21,191 nucleotides of DNA from Candidatus Iainarchaeum sp. (GCA_043816965.1 JBDRHK010000004.1:1-21191), one strand, 5' to 3'. Counted from the first letter of the stretch, positions 7,940 to 16,326 are shown. Notes: a model not told the origin generated them from the sequence alone. Translations and numbers: made by a program.

Positions 7940-10528
7940 ATGGCTCTGGAACTGAGTAACAAGGCCTCGTTGGTTGGCAGGTCCCTGAAAGATATCGAGG
8001 CATATGGTGAGAAAGGAACTGCCTATATTGGAAAAGTGGTGATGAGTTCAGGGGAGAAGCCGGTTCTGGGAAGGAAAATTCTCTGCGATATTGCAAAGCC
8101 CCATGTTATGCTGATTTGTGGAAAGAGGGGCGGGGGAAAATGCCTTCATGGCGATACCCTTATTACTCTCTCCGATGGATCTTTAGTGAAAATAAAGGAT
8201 CTAGAAAATGACAATAGAAAAGTAATATCTCTAAATCAAAAGTATAAGATTAATGAATCTGAGAAGAAGGGATTTTTCAAGAGGCCAGTTGACAGGTTAC
8301 TAGAGATAGAATTGAGGAGCGGAAAGAAAATCAAACTTACTCCTGAACATCCCCTGCTAACGATTGAGGGTTGGAAACCTGCCGAGGAACTTAAGAAAGG
8401 AGGCAGAGTAGCAACGCCGAGAAAGATTGAGTACTTTGGAAATGAATTCCTACGGGAATGTGAAATAAAACTTCTCGCATATTTAATTGCTGAAGGGCAC
8501 ACCAAAAGAAGGGTTGTTTGGTTCACCAACACTGATGAAAAAATAGTTGCAGATTTCAAGGCATCTGTAAAGGAATTTGATAAAAATCTTAAAGTCAATT
8601 TAAGTGCCAAATCTAACTTGAGAGTTGTTTCGGCAAATCCCAAAATTAAAATAGTAAAAGCCGTAAGAAAAAACGGCAAATTCGCAAAGGGAACAATTTT
8701 CGAGCCACAAAATACGATGAGGGCATGGCTAAAAGATTTGGGGGTTTATGACCTTTTATCTCATGACAAATATGTTCCTGCGAGTGTTATGAATTTGCCA
8801 AAAAATAAACTCTCGCTTTTCCTAAACAGGCTCTTCAGTTGTGATGGCAGCATCTATTTTGAGTCAAATAGGTTTAGGCTAAGTTACTCTAGTGTTTCAG
8901 AAAAACTAATAAGGCAGGTTCAGCACCTGCTCTTAAGGTTCGGAATTCTGTCAAAACTGAGGAAAAAAGTAACTAACCTTGAGGGAAAGAAATTCGATTC
9001 ATTTGAGCTTGTTGTAGACGGAGAGAACGTTAAGAAATATCTGCAGGAAATTGGATTCTATGGTGAGAAGGAGACCAAGCAGGAAAACGCCTTGATGGAA
9101 ATTCGGGCAATTAAAAGAAATCCAAACCTTGACACTATCCCAAAGGAAATCTGGGGGCAGTACACTCCAAAAAACTGGGCCGAAGTGGGCAGGGTTGCCG
9201 GATATAAAATACCTAAATCAATGAGGGAGAGCAAGCGTTATTGTCCATCCAGGGAGAAATTGTTGCAAATCGCCAAGGCAGATAAAAACGAAGTTATTGA
9301 ATTGCTTGCTAAGAGCGATATCTATTGGGATGAGATTAAGGATATAAAGGAGCTAACTGGGAGTTTTGAGGTTTATGATATAAGTGTTCCAAGAGACCAT
9401 AATTTTGTTGCTAATGATATTATAGTCCACAACTCATACACATTGTCAGTCCTGCTTGAGGAATTCGCGCGCCAGCCCATGGAAATAAGAAAAAGGATTT
9501 CCGTAATTGCCATTGATACTGTGGGGATTTTCTGGACCCTTAAAATTGCGAACAAGCTTGAAACCAAGGAGCTTCAGAAATGGGATTTGAAACCTGAAAA
9601 GACCAATGTTAGGGTACTGGTTCCGAAAGGCAAACTAAATTTCTACCGCGATAAGAAATTGCCTGTAGATGATGCATTTACCATTAAAACCAGCGAGCTT
9701 GATGTCACTGAATGGCTTGCGCTTTTCAAACTCACCTGGAAAGATGGGGAAGGAATATTGCTCACGCGGATTATTGAGGACCTGAAGGAACAACTCGGAA
9801 CCCTTTACGGAATTGATGAAATCATTACCGCAATAATGAAGGATTCTGACTCAGAGGATAATTCTAGAAAGGCATTGGTAAACAGATTCAGGGTTGCAAA
9901 GAGCTGGGGCCTTTTTGAGAAGGAGGGCACGAGGATTAAGGAGATTGCAAAGGCAGGGGAAATAACTGTAATTGATGTCTCCGCATATAGGCAGGCAATT
10001 GGGATGCAGGGGACAAGAGACATTATAGTTGGCCTGCTTGGCAAGAAGCTGTTTGAGGAAAGGATGCTTTACAGGAAAGAGGAGGAAGTGAAATTAACCG
10101 AGGGGCTGAAAAGGGAGAGTGAAATGCCGATTGTCTGGATGCTTATTGATGAGGCACATATGTTCATGCCAAAAGATGAGGATAACATTGCCCTGCATGT
10201 TCTTCTTGAATGGGTGAGGGTTGGGAGGCAGCCAGGTTTGTCACTTGTTCTCGCTACACAAAGGCCGAATAAACTGCATCCTGATGCAATCTCCCAATGC
10301 GATTTATTTATATCTCACAGGATGACCTCCCAGCCAGATATTGATGCGGTTTCGCAGTTAAGGCCTTCTTATCTGCACCAGAATTTCGATAAATATTATC
10401 AGGAAATGCCAAAATCCAAGGGCTATGCCCTGATTCTGGACGATAATACTGAGAAGCTCTGGATGGTAAAAATAAGACCAAGGTTCAGCTGGGATGGGGG
10501 AGTCACTGCCTCGGCATTTACGGATTAA
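7940..10528 (+). CDS. HerA/DUF87-like P-loop ATPase, intein-containing
   Basis: Walker A GKRGGGK|S split by the intein; IAIDTVG; Walker B LIDEAHMF; RVGRQPGLSLVLATQRP. Spliced protein is 431 aa. Confidence 0.9.
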   Translation: MALELSNKASLVGRSLKDIEAYGEKGTAYIGKVVMSSGEKPVLGRKILCDIAKPHVMLICGKRGGGKCLHGDTLITLSDGSLVKIKDLENDNRKVISLNQKYKINESEKKGFFKRPVDRLLEIELRSGKKIKLTPEHPLLTIEGWKPAEELKKGGRVATPRKIEYFGNEFLRECEIKLLAYLIAEGHTKRRVVWFTNTDEKIVADFKASVKEFDKNLKVNLSAKSNLRVVSANPKIKIVKAVRKNGKFAKGTIFEPQNTMRAWLKDLGVYDLLSHDKYVPASVMNLPKNKLSLFLNRLFSCDGSIYFESNRFRLSYSSVSEKLIRQVQHLLLRFGILSKLRKKVTNLEGKKFDSFELVVDGENVKKYLQEIGFYGEKETKQENALMEIRAIKRNPNLDTIPKEIWGQYTPKNWAEVGRVAGYKIPKSMRESKRYCPSREKLLQIAKADKNEVIELLAKSDIYWDEIKDIKELTGSFEVYDISVPRDHNFVANDIIVHNSYTLSVLLEEFARQPMEIRKRISVIAIDTVGIFWTLKIANKLETKELQKWDLKPEKTNVRVLVPKGKLNFYRDKKLPVDDAFTIKTSELDVTEWLALFKLTWKDGEGILLTRIIEDLKEQLGTLYGIDEIITAIMKDSDSEDNSRKALVNRFRVAKSWGLFEKEGTRIKEIAKAGEITVIDVSAYRQAIGMQGTRDIIVGLLGKKLFEERMLYRKEEEVKLTEGLKRESEMPIVWMLIDEAHMFMPKDEDNIALHVLLEWVRVGRQPGLSLVLATQRPNKLHPDAISQCDLFISHRMTSQPDIDAVSQLRPSYLHQNFDKYYQEMPKSKGYALILDDNTEKLWMVKIRPRFSWDGGVTASAFTD
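8141..9433 (+). mobile_element. Intein with LAGLIDADG homing endonuclease (431 aa)
   Basis: Block A CLHGDT, block B TPEHP, LAGLIDADG-like LLAYLIAEG and FLNRLFSCDG, blocks F/G VYDISV..HNFVANDIIVHN with +1 Ser. Confidence 0.95.
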
Positions 10529-10627
10529 AAAATTGTTCATAGCTGAAAACGAAAAAGATAACTTTAAATATCTATTCCGGTAAAGGATATGAAGGAAATT
10601 CCATTAGATTCCGTGGGGGGATTGAAT

Positions 10628-10723
10628 ATGGATTATGAACTCGAAGACCTTACTTTCGACGATGACGAGTGGGAAAACGAAAAAGACGAATGGGACGAAG
10701 ATACCGAGGAAGAGGCCTATTAG
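10628..10723 (+). CDS. Very acidic micro-protein (31 aa), not in the ORF track
   Basis: MDYELEDLTFDDDEWENEKDEWDEDTEEEAY*. G-rich SD GGGGGGA just upstream, TTTAAATA at 10563-10570, T-rich tract downstream. An in-frame ATG also exists at 10589. Confidence 0.65.
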   Translation: MDYELEDLTFDDDEWENEKDEWDEDTEEEAY

Positions 10724-10786
10724 TCATTATTTTCTTTAATTCTGAATTTTCTTTTAATTTCTGATTTTATTGATTAAGAAATAACT

Positions 10787-10841
10787 ATTGCCCGAAGGGC
10801 AATCCCCGAAGGGGAGTCGTGTCAACGGAGATAGCCGTTGA
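10787..10841. repeat. Three tandem short inverted repeats at the tRNA-Val 3' end
   Basis: ATTGCCC-GAA-GGGCAAT, TCCCC-GAA-GGGGA and TCAACGG-AGATAG-CCGTTGA. Confidence 0.7.
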
Positions 10842-10915
10842 TGGGGGGAGAGAGATTCGAACTCTCGATCTCCTGCGTGTGAAGCAGATGTCCTAACCAA
10901 CTAGACCATCCCCCC
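10842..10915 (-). tRNA. tRNA-Val(CAC)
   Basis: Acceptor GGGGGGA/TCCCCCC-A; anticodon arm TCTGC-TTCACAC-GCAGG; T arm GAGAG-TTCGAAT-CTCTC. CCA not encoded. Confidence 0.95.
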
Positions 10916-10983
10916 TGCAGAGATACTTTTTCGTACTACTTTAATTTAAAACTATTTCCGGGCGGATTTCTATAGTGATTTGA

Positions 10984-12108
10984 TTGGGAAAGGTCGCAAT
11001 TGTCAAATGTTCCGATTATGGGGAAAAGATTGTTGAGGAGAAGGTCAATGAAGCCATTGGGCTTATTGGTGGAATTGGGAATTTTATTAATGAGGGGGAT
11101 AAGGTTCTAATAAAGCCTAATGTTCTCCGCGCAAGTTCTCCAGAGGCCCATGTTACTACACATCCCTCAGTTGTGAAGGCTGTTGTTAAAATGGTGCAGG
11201 ATGCAGGGGGAATCCCCACAATAATGGACATGACCTGGGTTGGAAGCCTGCATTCAACAAAAAAAGCATTTGTTGAAACCGGTTTGGCCGGAGTTGGAAA
11301 GGATCTGGGAGTTGAGGTTAAGGGCTTTGAGGAAAATGGCTGGGAGAAAGTAAAGGTTAATGGCGCAATTTTCAGGGAACTGTATGCGCCTAAGTTTTTG
11401 CTTGAAGCAGATAAAGTTATATCTCTCCCGAAAATGAAAACCCATCTTGAGGGAATTATCACTGGCGCAATAAAGAACTGGTTTGGCTGCGTTCCTATGA
11501 AGTTCAGAAGAATTGGTCATTCCATGTCAATAGAGGAAATTGCTGATGCCTTTTTGGATGTTTACCTTATGCGGCCTGCGGATTTGGTGATTATGGACGG
11601 GGTTATTGGCATGGAGGGAAATGGGCCCATTAACGGGGAACTCAAAAAAGCTGGTTTGATGCTGGCCGCGGCAGATAGTATCGAGCTGGACCGAACTGTT
11701 GTAAAAATTATTAAATTTGATAATGTGCCTATGCTCAAAAGAGCAAAGGAACGGAAGATTGGGCAGGGAAAAATTGAAATTGTCGGCGAGAAACTGGAGG
11801 ATGTAATTACTCCCTTCAAGAAACCTGTTACCGTGGCACATAAAGTCCCAAGGACTTTTCGCAGGGCGATGATGGCTGTTATGGGTTCAGGCCTGGGGGT
11901 CAATAAATCCAAATGCACAAAATGCCTAGACTGTGTTAAGTACTGCCCTGTTACCGCAATAAAATTTGGGAAATGGCCGGAGATTGACAAGCAGAAATGC
12001 ATCCTCTGTTTTGGCTGCGCGGAAATCTGCCCTGTTGAGGCGATAGAGATTACGGCCAGCCCTGTGAAAGAATCTCTGCAGAGCCTGAGAAGGTTTTTGA
12101 AATTGTAG
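10984..12108 (+). CDS. DUF362 domain protein fused to a 2x[4Fe-4S] ferredoxin
   Basis: KVLIKPN, TTHPSVV, LPKMKTH, GAIKNWFGC, GMEGNGP; CTKCLDCVKYCP and CILCFGCAEICP. TTG start. Confidence 0.9.
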   Translation: MGKVAIVKCSDYGEKIVEEKVNEAIGLIGGIGNFINEGDKVLIKPNVLRASSPEAHVTTHPSVVKAVVKMVQDAGGIPTIMDMTWVGSLHSTKKAFVETGLAGVGKDLGVEVKGFEENGWEKVKVNGAIFRELYAPKFLLEADKVISLPKMKTHLEGIITGAIKNWFGCVPMKFRRIGHSMSIEEIADAFLDVYLMRPADLVIMDGVIGMEGNGPINGELKKAGLMLAAADSIELDRTVVKIIKFDNVPMLKRAKERKIGQGKIEIVGEKLEDVITPFKKPVTVAHKVPRTFRRAMMAVMGSGLGVNKSKCTKCLDCVKYCPVTAIKFGKWPEIDKQKCILCFGCAEICPVEAIEITASPVKESLQSLRRFLKL

Positions 12109-12300
12109 CTATTTGTTCAGTTCGATGAAATACCTAATGCTTCGGTCGTAGGTTTTTTCCGCTTCATTGCCAAACATGCAGGCAGGAAGTTCCCCGCTTT
12201 TTTTGTGGTAGCGGATGCATTCACAGCAGATGCCTTTTCGTGAGCAGGGCTCATAGCTGCAGTTGCAGCCTTTCATATTGGTTTCTCTTTTGCATTCCAT
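12109..12300 (-). CDS. Small Cys-rich protein (DUF6485-like)
   Basis: [21 protein letters not shown]...LPAC.F...E.TYDRS pattern. Confidence 0.8.
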   Translation of the reverse strand: MECKRETNMKGCNCSYEPCSRKGICCECIRYHKKSGELPACMFGNEAEKTYDRSIRYFIELNK

Positions 12301-12345
12301 ATTAATAGGAAGATGGGAAAATTTTATATTAAATATGCAGTATTA

Positions 12346-12483
12346 CTAAGGAAAAGGTAATTTTTTCTTTCCCCTTAATCTCAATCTTGGATTCTTTCTC
12401 CCAAAAGAAACTCCGCCGCCAGCCGGAGGGGTTATCCCTTTTGGCCAGTTAATTTTTGGTTTTGATTTTTTTGGACCTGCCAA
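12346..12483 (-). CDS. Small Lys/Arg/Pro/Gly-rich protein (45 aa), not in the ORF track
   Basis: SD AGGTGA 5 nt before a TTG start; MAGPKKSKPKINWPKGITPPAGGGVSFGRKNPRLRLRGKKKLPFP followed by two stops; TTTAAATA on the minus strand at 12516-12523. Confidence 0.65.
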   Translation of the reverse strand: MAGPKKSKPKINWPKGITPPAGGGVSFGRKNPRLRLRGKKKLPFP

Positions 12484-12532
12484 ATACATCACCTAAAATA
12501 TTAGGTCTTCCAGCTATTTAAATCTTGTTGAA

Positions 12533-12615
12533 TGCAGGAGGGCGGACTCGAACCGCCGAAGCCACTAAGGCACTAGCTCCTAAAGCTAGCGGAATTGCCA
12601 CTATCCGACTCCTGC
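12533..12615 (-). tRNA. tRNA-Leu(TAG)
   Basis: Acceptor GCAGGAG/CTCCTGC-A; anticodon arm CTAGC-TTTAGGA-GCTAG; long variable arm; T arm GGCGG-TTCGAGT-CCGCC. Confidence 0.95.
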
Positions 12616-12670
12616 TTGTATTTAATTCGTCCCGTCAACATTTATAACCATTTTCTTCTTCTGATTTTGC

Positions 12671-13288
12671 ATGCACATACCTGATGGCCTGCTTTCATTG
12701 GAAATTTCTGCTGTTTTTTGGGTAATTTCCCTAATTATATTTTCGCTGGCTTTGAGGGATAACAGGAAGAAAATTTCAAGGAATCAAATTGCCGTTATTC
12801 TGGCATTAACCCTGATAATTTTCGTTGCCCAGATGTCAGATTTCCCTGTTTTGGGGGGGACGACAGGGCATATTCTGGGCGGGGCATTGCTTGCGATCCT
12901 ATTGGGATTCAGCCCGGCAGTTATAATTATGTCCGCAATTCTCGTAATTCAGGCGGTTGTTTTCCACGATGGGGGCGTTATTGCATTGGGGGCGAATGTT
13001 TTCAGTATGGCAATCATCGCCCCGTTAATCGGTGTTGGTGCCAAAAAATTACTGAATAAGAATCTGCTTCTCGCAGGAATTACTGCAGGTTTTGTTTCGG
13101 TTTTTGTTGCGGCAGCCGTGACGTCACTTATGATTGTATTTTCCGGAGGCAACCCATTAACAGTTCTCTCAGGAATGCTGACCGCACATATTTTCTTAGG
13201 AATTGTTGAGGGCCTGGTGACAGGGGGATTTGTTTTCTATTCTCTTCATCTGGCAAAGGTTGTAGTGCTGAATAAAGCAGAGGCATAG
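12671..13288 (+). CDS. cbiM: CbiM/NikM-type ECF transporter S component (Co/Ni)
   Basis: N-terminal MHIPDG, GTTGHILGG, HDGGVIALGAN, GIVEG; multi-pass membrane protein. Confidence 0.88.
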   Translation: MHIPDGLLSLEISAVFWVISLIIFSLALRDNRKKISRNQIAVILALTLIIFVAQMSDFPVLGGTTGHILGGALLAILLGFSPAVIIMSAILVIQAVVFHDGGVIALGANVFSMAIIAPLIGVGAKKLLNKNLLLAGITAGFVSVFVAAAVTSLMIVFSGGNPLTVLSGMLTAHIFLGIVEGLVTGGFVFYSLHLAKVVVLNKAEA

Positions 13289-13291
13289 TTC

Positions 13292-13852
13292 TCACATTAT
13301 CTTTTCCAAATAATCAGCTAATTTCCTTGTCGCCTTTGCGCGGTGGCTAATTTTGTTCTTTTCTACCAAATTCAAATCAACAACAACTTTCCGCAGCCCA
13401 TTGGGAATAAATATCTTTTCATAAGGGAGCCGGTCTGCATGCGGGCTTTTCACCCAGTCAATTATTCTTCCCCGCATTTCGCCGGAAAATAATTTGGGTT
13501 TTTTTCTCGGGGCAATGTAACAGATTGTGCTCTTGAAATAGGCCTTCCTGTTTTTTCCTTTCAGGAGGCGAAACAGGCCATCGAAACCAATCTCTAACCA
13601 GATTCTTTTAGCAAGTGCTCCGGGAAAATTCCGGTATGCCTTAAAATAAATCCCTGTGTCCTCAACAATCAGCGGCTTTTTCAGTTTCTCCAGCGCCTGC
13701 CTTGCCTTGGATTCCGCCACCTTTTCTATTGAACTAAAATCAGGCTCAATAATATCCAAATTTTTCTGGATTATTTTAATCCCCATGGGCGAGAGCATTT
13801 CCCTGATTTCACGCACTTTATGCTTGTTCCCTGTGACGAAATAGAGATTCAT
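13292..13852 (-). CDS. rdgB: Non-canonical purine NTP pyrophosphatase (RdgB/HAM1/ITPase)
   Basis: FVTGNKHKVRE, VEDTG, FPG, EKNKISHR. Confidence 0.9.
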   Translation of the reverse strand: MNLYFVTGNKHKVREIREMLSPMGIKIIQKNLDIIEPDFSSIEKVAESKARQALEKLKKPLIVEDTGIYFKAYRNFPGALAKRIWLEIGFDGLFRLLKGKNRKAYFKSTICYIAPRKKPKLFSGEMRGRIIDWVKSPHADRLPYEKIFIPNGLRKVVVDLNLVEKNKISHRAKATRKLADYLEKIM

Positions 13853-13906
13853 GAAATTGAAAGGGTTCGAAAAGAATTAAATAATGTTTTATTGCTCATT
13901 ACATTG

Positions 13907-14413
13907 ATGGAAAGAAACATAAATCTCTTCGGGAATGAGTTTTCGGTTACATGGAAAAACATTTTACTGCTCGGAATTCTAGCTATTTTTCCAAACATTC
14001 TCGGAATGGCTGTTCTTGAAACCCCATTTGGTTTCAATCTGCACATATTTCAAATTCTCATTTTTGCGGCTGCGCTAATTTACGGCCCTTTTGGAGGAAT
14101 GGTTTCCGGGGGATTTGGTTCAGTATGGGCTGCAATTCTCCTAAACAATCCCTATATTGTTATTGGGAGCATAATTTTGGGCGGGGTGACAGGTTATCTT
14201 GCAAAAAATAAGGGAATCAATATCATTGCTGCTGCTATGATTGCATTTACTGTTCAATTGCCCTGGCTCTGGTTCAGCGACATCTATTTGGCAGGAATGC
14301 CGATAGTAGTTGTAAATGGCGTAGTGTGGGCCCTGCTTGTAAGCAATTTCATTATGGCTGCGCTGGTTTTTATTTTCAGGAAGAGAATAGTAAAATTGGT
14401 TCAGGCAGTGTAG
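13907..14413 (+). CDS. ECF transporter S component-like membrane protein
   Basis: About 5-6 TM segments with the AALIYGPFGGMVSG motif; ATG at 13907 avoids overlap with rdgB. Confidence 0.7.
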   Translation: MERNINLFGNEFSVTWKNILLLGILAIFPNILGMAVLETPFGFNLHIFQILIFAAALIYGPFGGMVSGGFGSVWAAILLNNPYIVIGSIILGGVTGYLAKNKGINIIAAAMIAFTVQLPWLWFSDIYLAGMPIVVVNGVVWALLVSNFIMAALVFIFRKRIVKLVQAV

Positions 14414-15153
14414 CTTGGGCCCTGGGGCTCCATCCGCTGCATATTGTCCTGTGTTTTCTTCAAATTATCCATATATTCCCTCAGTTCTTTCTCCGTGTTC
14501 TTTGCCTCTTTCAGCAGGGGCTTGACATCTATCTTAAGGCCAATTATCTTGTTCAGGGTTTCAATAACCCTTGAGGCCGCCTGATAGTCCGCCACCGAGG
14601 AAATGTTGGAAAGTATTGAGAATGCCTCAATATTTGTTGTCTTCAAATCAAGAAGAATAAGTGCGGAAATTCCCGAGGTAATTCCCTCCTGGATTAGGTC
14701 AATCTTTGCCTTCCTTAAAATCTTCTTGGATTTTTCATTCGCGGCAATGCCATAAACATCCCCCTTTGCTTCCTTACCATAGCTCTGGATTCCGCTAAGG
14801 GAAACTACTCTTGAAATCCCCTTCTGCTTAACCCATTTTATTATCGCCCTTGCAAAATCATCCAGGAACTGGTTTGGGATAATCTGCTCTGAGATAATCG
14901 CAACAAGTTTCTTCTTTTCATTGATGAAAATCCTTGAGGGATAAACCGGTTTCCCTTCCCTTATCCTTATTATCGGAATAAAAATATTGGAGCTAATATA
15001 CCCATATTTCCTGAACTCCATCTTCTCAACAAGGTACTTTGCGCCTATTGTGCCAACCAATCCCATTCCAGGGAAACCCTCTATGAGGGTATAGCCTTTC
15101 AGGCTCTTTGACTTAAATTCGACAATATCAACTTTTGCAAATTCCCTTTTCAT
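14401..15153 (-). CDS. Proteasome assembly chaperone PAC2 family protein
   Basis: LIEGFPGMGLVGTIGAKYL, ISEQ, ITSGISA, D..AA..VIE.L, C-terminal YTA; ATG at 15153 after GGTGTGG. Confidence 0.88.
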   Translation of the reverse strand: MKREFAKVDIVEFKSKSLKGYTLIEGFPGMGLVGTIGAKYLVEKMEFRKYGYISSNIFIPIIRIREGKPVYPSRIFINEKKKLVAIISEQIIPNQFLDDFARAIIKWVKQKGISRVVSLSGIQSYGKEAKGDVYGIAANEKSKKILRKAKIDLIQEGITSGISALILLDLKTTNIEAFSILSNISSVADYQAASRVIETLNKIIGLKIDVKPLLKEAKNTEKELREYMDNLKKTQDNMQRMEPQGPSYTA

Positions 15154-15374
15154 CCAACCACACCATAAATAGGGCAAAGGGGTATTTATTTGTTATTGTT
15201 TCATTATCCGAAATAGAAGGGCTTCTGCTGCTCGCGGTAGATGGGTATAAACTTGGAAATTTAATGAAATAATATTCATATATAATATTTTTCCCTCATA
15301 AGTGGTAATAGGCTCACCATGCAAGAATGCACTATCCTAGCGATAGCATACTGGTGGGTATGGAGTGGAGAAGG

Positions 15375-15569
15375 ATGTTCCTTTGCGGAAACTGCAATTG
15401 CAGGTATGTGTCAAAGATGGCTGCCGAAGCCTGCTGCAATGGCAAGGGAGGGGTAAAGCCTGTGATGTCGTCCGTCAATTTCCTCGAATTCACAAAGGAG
15501 AAGAAGCATAAGTGCGATGTTGACACTGAAGTTGGGGAAAGTGAAAAGGAAGAGCAGATTGGGGACTGA
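15375..15569 (+). CDS. Small putative zinc-finger protein (64 aa)
   Basis: MFLCGNCNCRY...AEACC and an acidic tail; GGAG-type SD before ATG 15375 (track start 15327). Confidence 0.55.
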   Translation: MFLCGNCNCRYVSKMAAEACCNGKGGVKPVMSSVNFLEFTKEKKHKCDVDTEVGESEKEEQIGD

Positions 15570-15613
15570 CATCAATATAAAAATTTCCTAATTAATTCTA
15601 ATTGGTGATTTTT

Positions 15614-16324
15614 TTGACCGAGAGACTTTATTTAACCGACTCATATATGAAAGAATTTGAGGCAACTGTTACAAAAGTGAGTGAGGGAAAGTATGCTGTC
15701 CTTAATAGGACTGCGTTTTACGCCATCAGCGGTGGCCAGCCAAACGATACCGGAAAATTGATTGTGAATGGCGATGAACTGAATGTTGTTTTTGTAAAGG
15801 CCTTTGGAGAAGAGGTAAGCCATGAGATTGAGGGCGGGGAGATTAAAGAGGGGGATAAGGTTAAGGGGATTATTGACTGGAGGAAGAGGTTTAAGTTGAT
15901 GAGGATGCATTCCTCAGCGCACATCCTTGCCGCGGTTATTTACAAGGAACTTGGTTCCCTCATTACAGGCGGGCAGTTGGGTGAGGAAAAGAGCAGGATG
16001 GATTTCAATGTCAGGGATTTTGACAGGGAATTATTGACGGCTTTTGAGGAGAAGGCAAATGCAGTTGTTAAGCAGGCAATTCCAATTACTGTTGAATTCC
16101 TGCCCTATGAGGAAGCAATGGCAATGCCTGAAATTTTCAGGTTGAAGAATGTGCTCCCTAAAAACCTGAAGGAATTAAGGGTTGTTAAAATGGGGGATTT
16201 TGATGCCCAGGCCGATGGAGGCACGCATGTAGGAAATACCTCTGAAGTTGGGAAAATCCACATAACTAAGCTGGAGAATAAGGGGGCGGAGAATAGGAGA
16301 ATCTGCTGGGTTCTGGGGGACTAG
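15614..16324 (+). CDS. alaX: Alanyl-tRNA editing protein AlaX-M
   Basis: LYLTDSY, FYAISGGQPNDTG, MRMHSSAH, QADGGTHV; TTG at 15614 after SD GGTGA. Confidence 0.9.
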   Translation: MTERLYLTDSYMKEFEATVTKVSEGKYAVLNRTAFYAISGGQPNDTGKLIVNGDELNVVFVKAFGEEVSHEIEGGEIKEGDKVKGIIDWRKRFKLMRMHSSAHILAAVIYKELGSLITGGQLGEEKSRMDFNVRDFDRELLTAFEEKANAVVKQAIPITVEFLPYEEAMAMPEIFRLKNVLPKNLKELRVVKMGDFDAQADGGTHVGNTSEVGKIHITKLENKGAENRRICWVLGD

Positions 16325-16326
16325 TA

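Noticed and set aside
7940..10528. HerA-based antiviral system (Sir2-HerA or nuclease-HerA)
   Set aside because: No Sir2, nuclease or other effector gene is adjacent.
10842..12615. Integrated island between tRNA-Val and tRNA-Leu
   Set aside because: No integrase and no duplicated tRNA 3' end (att site) seen; the cargo is ordinary.
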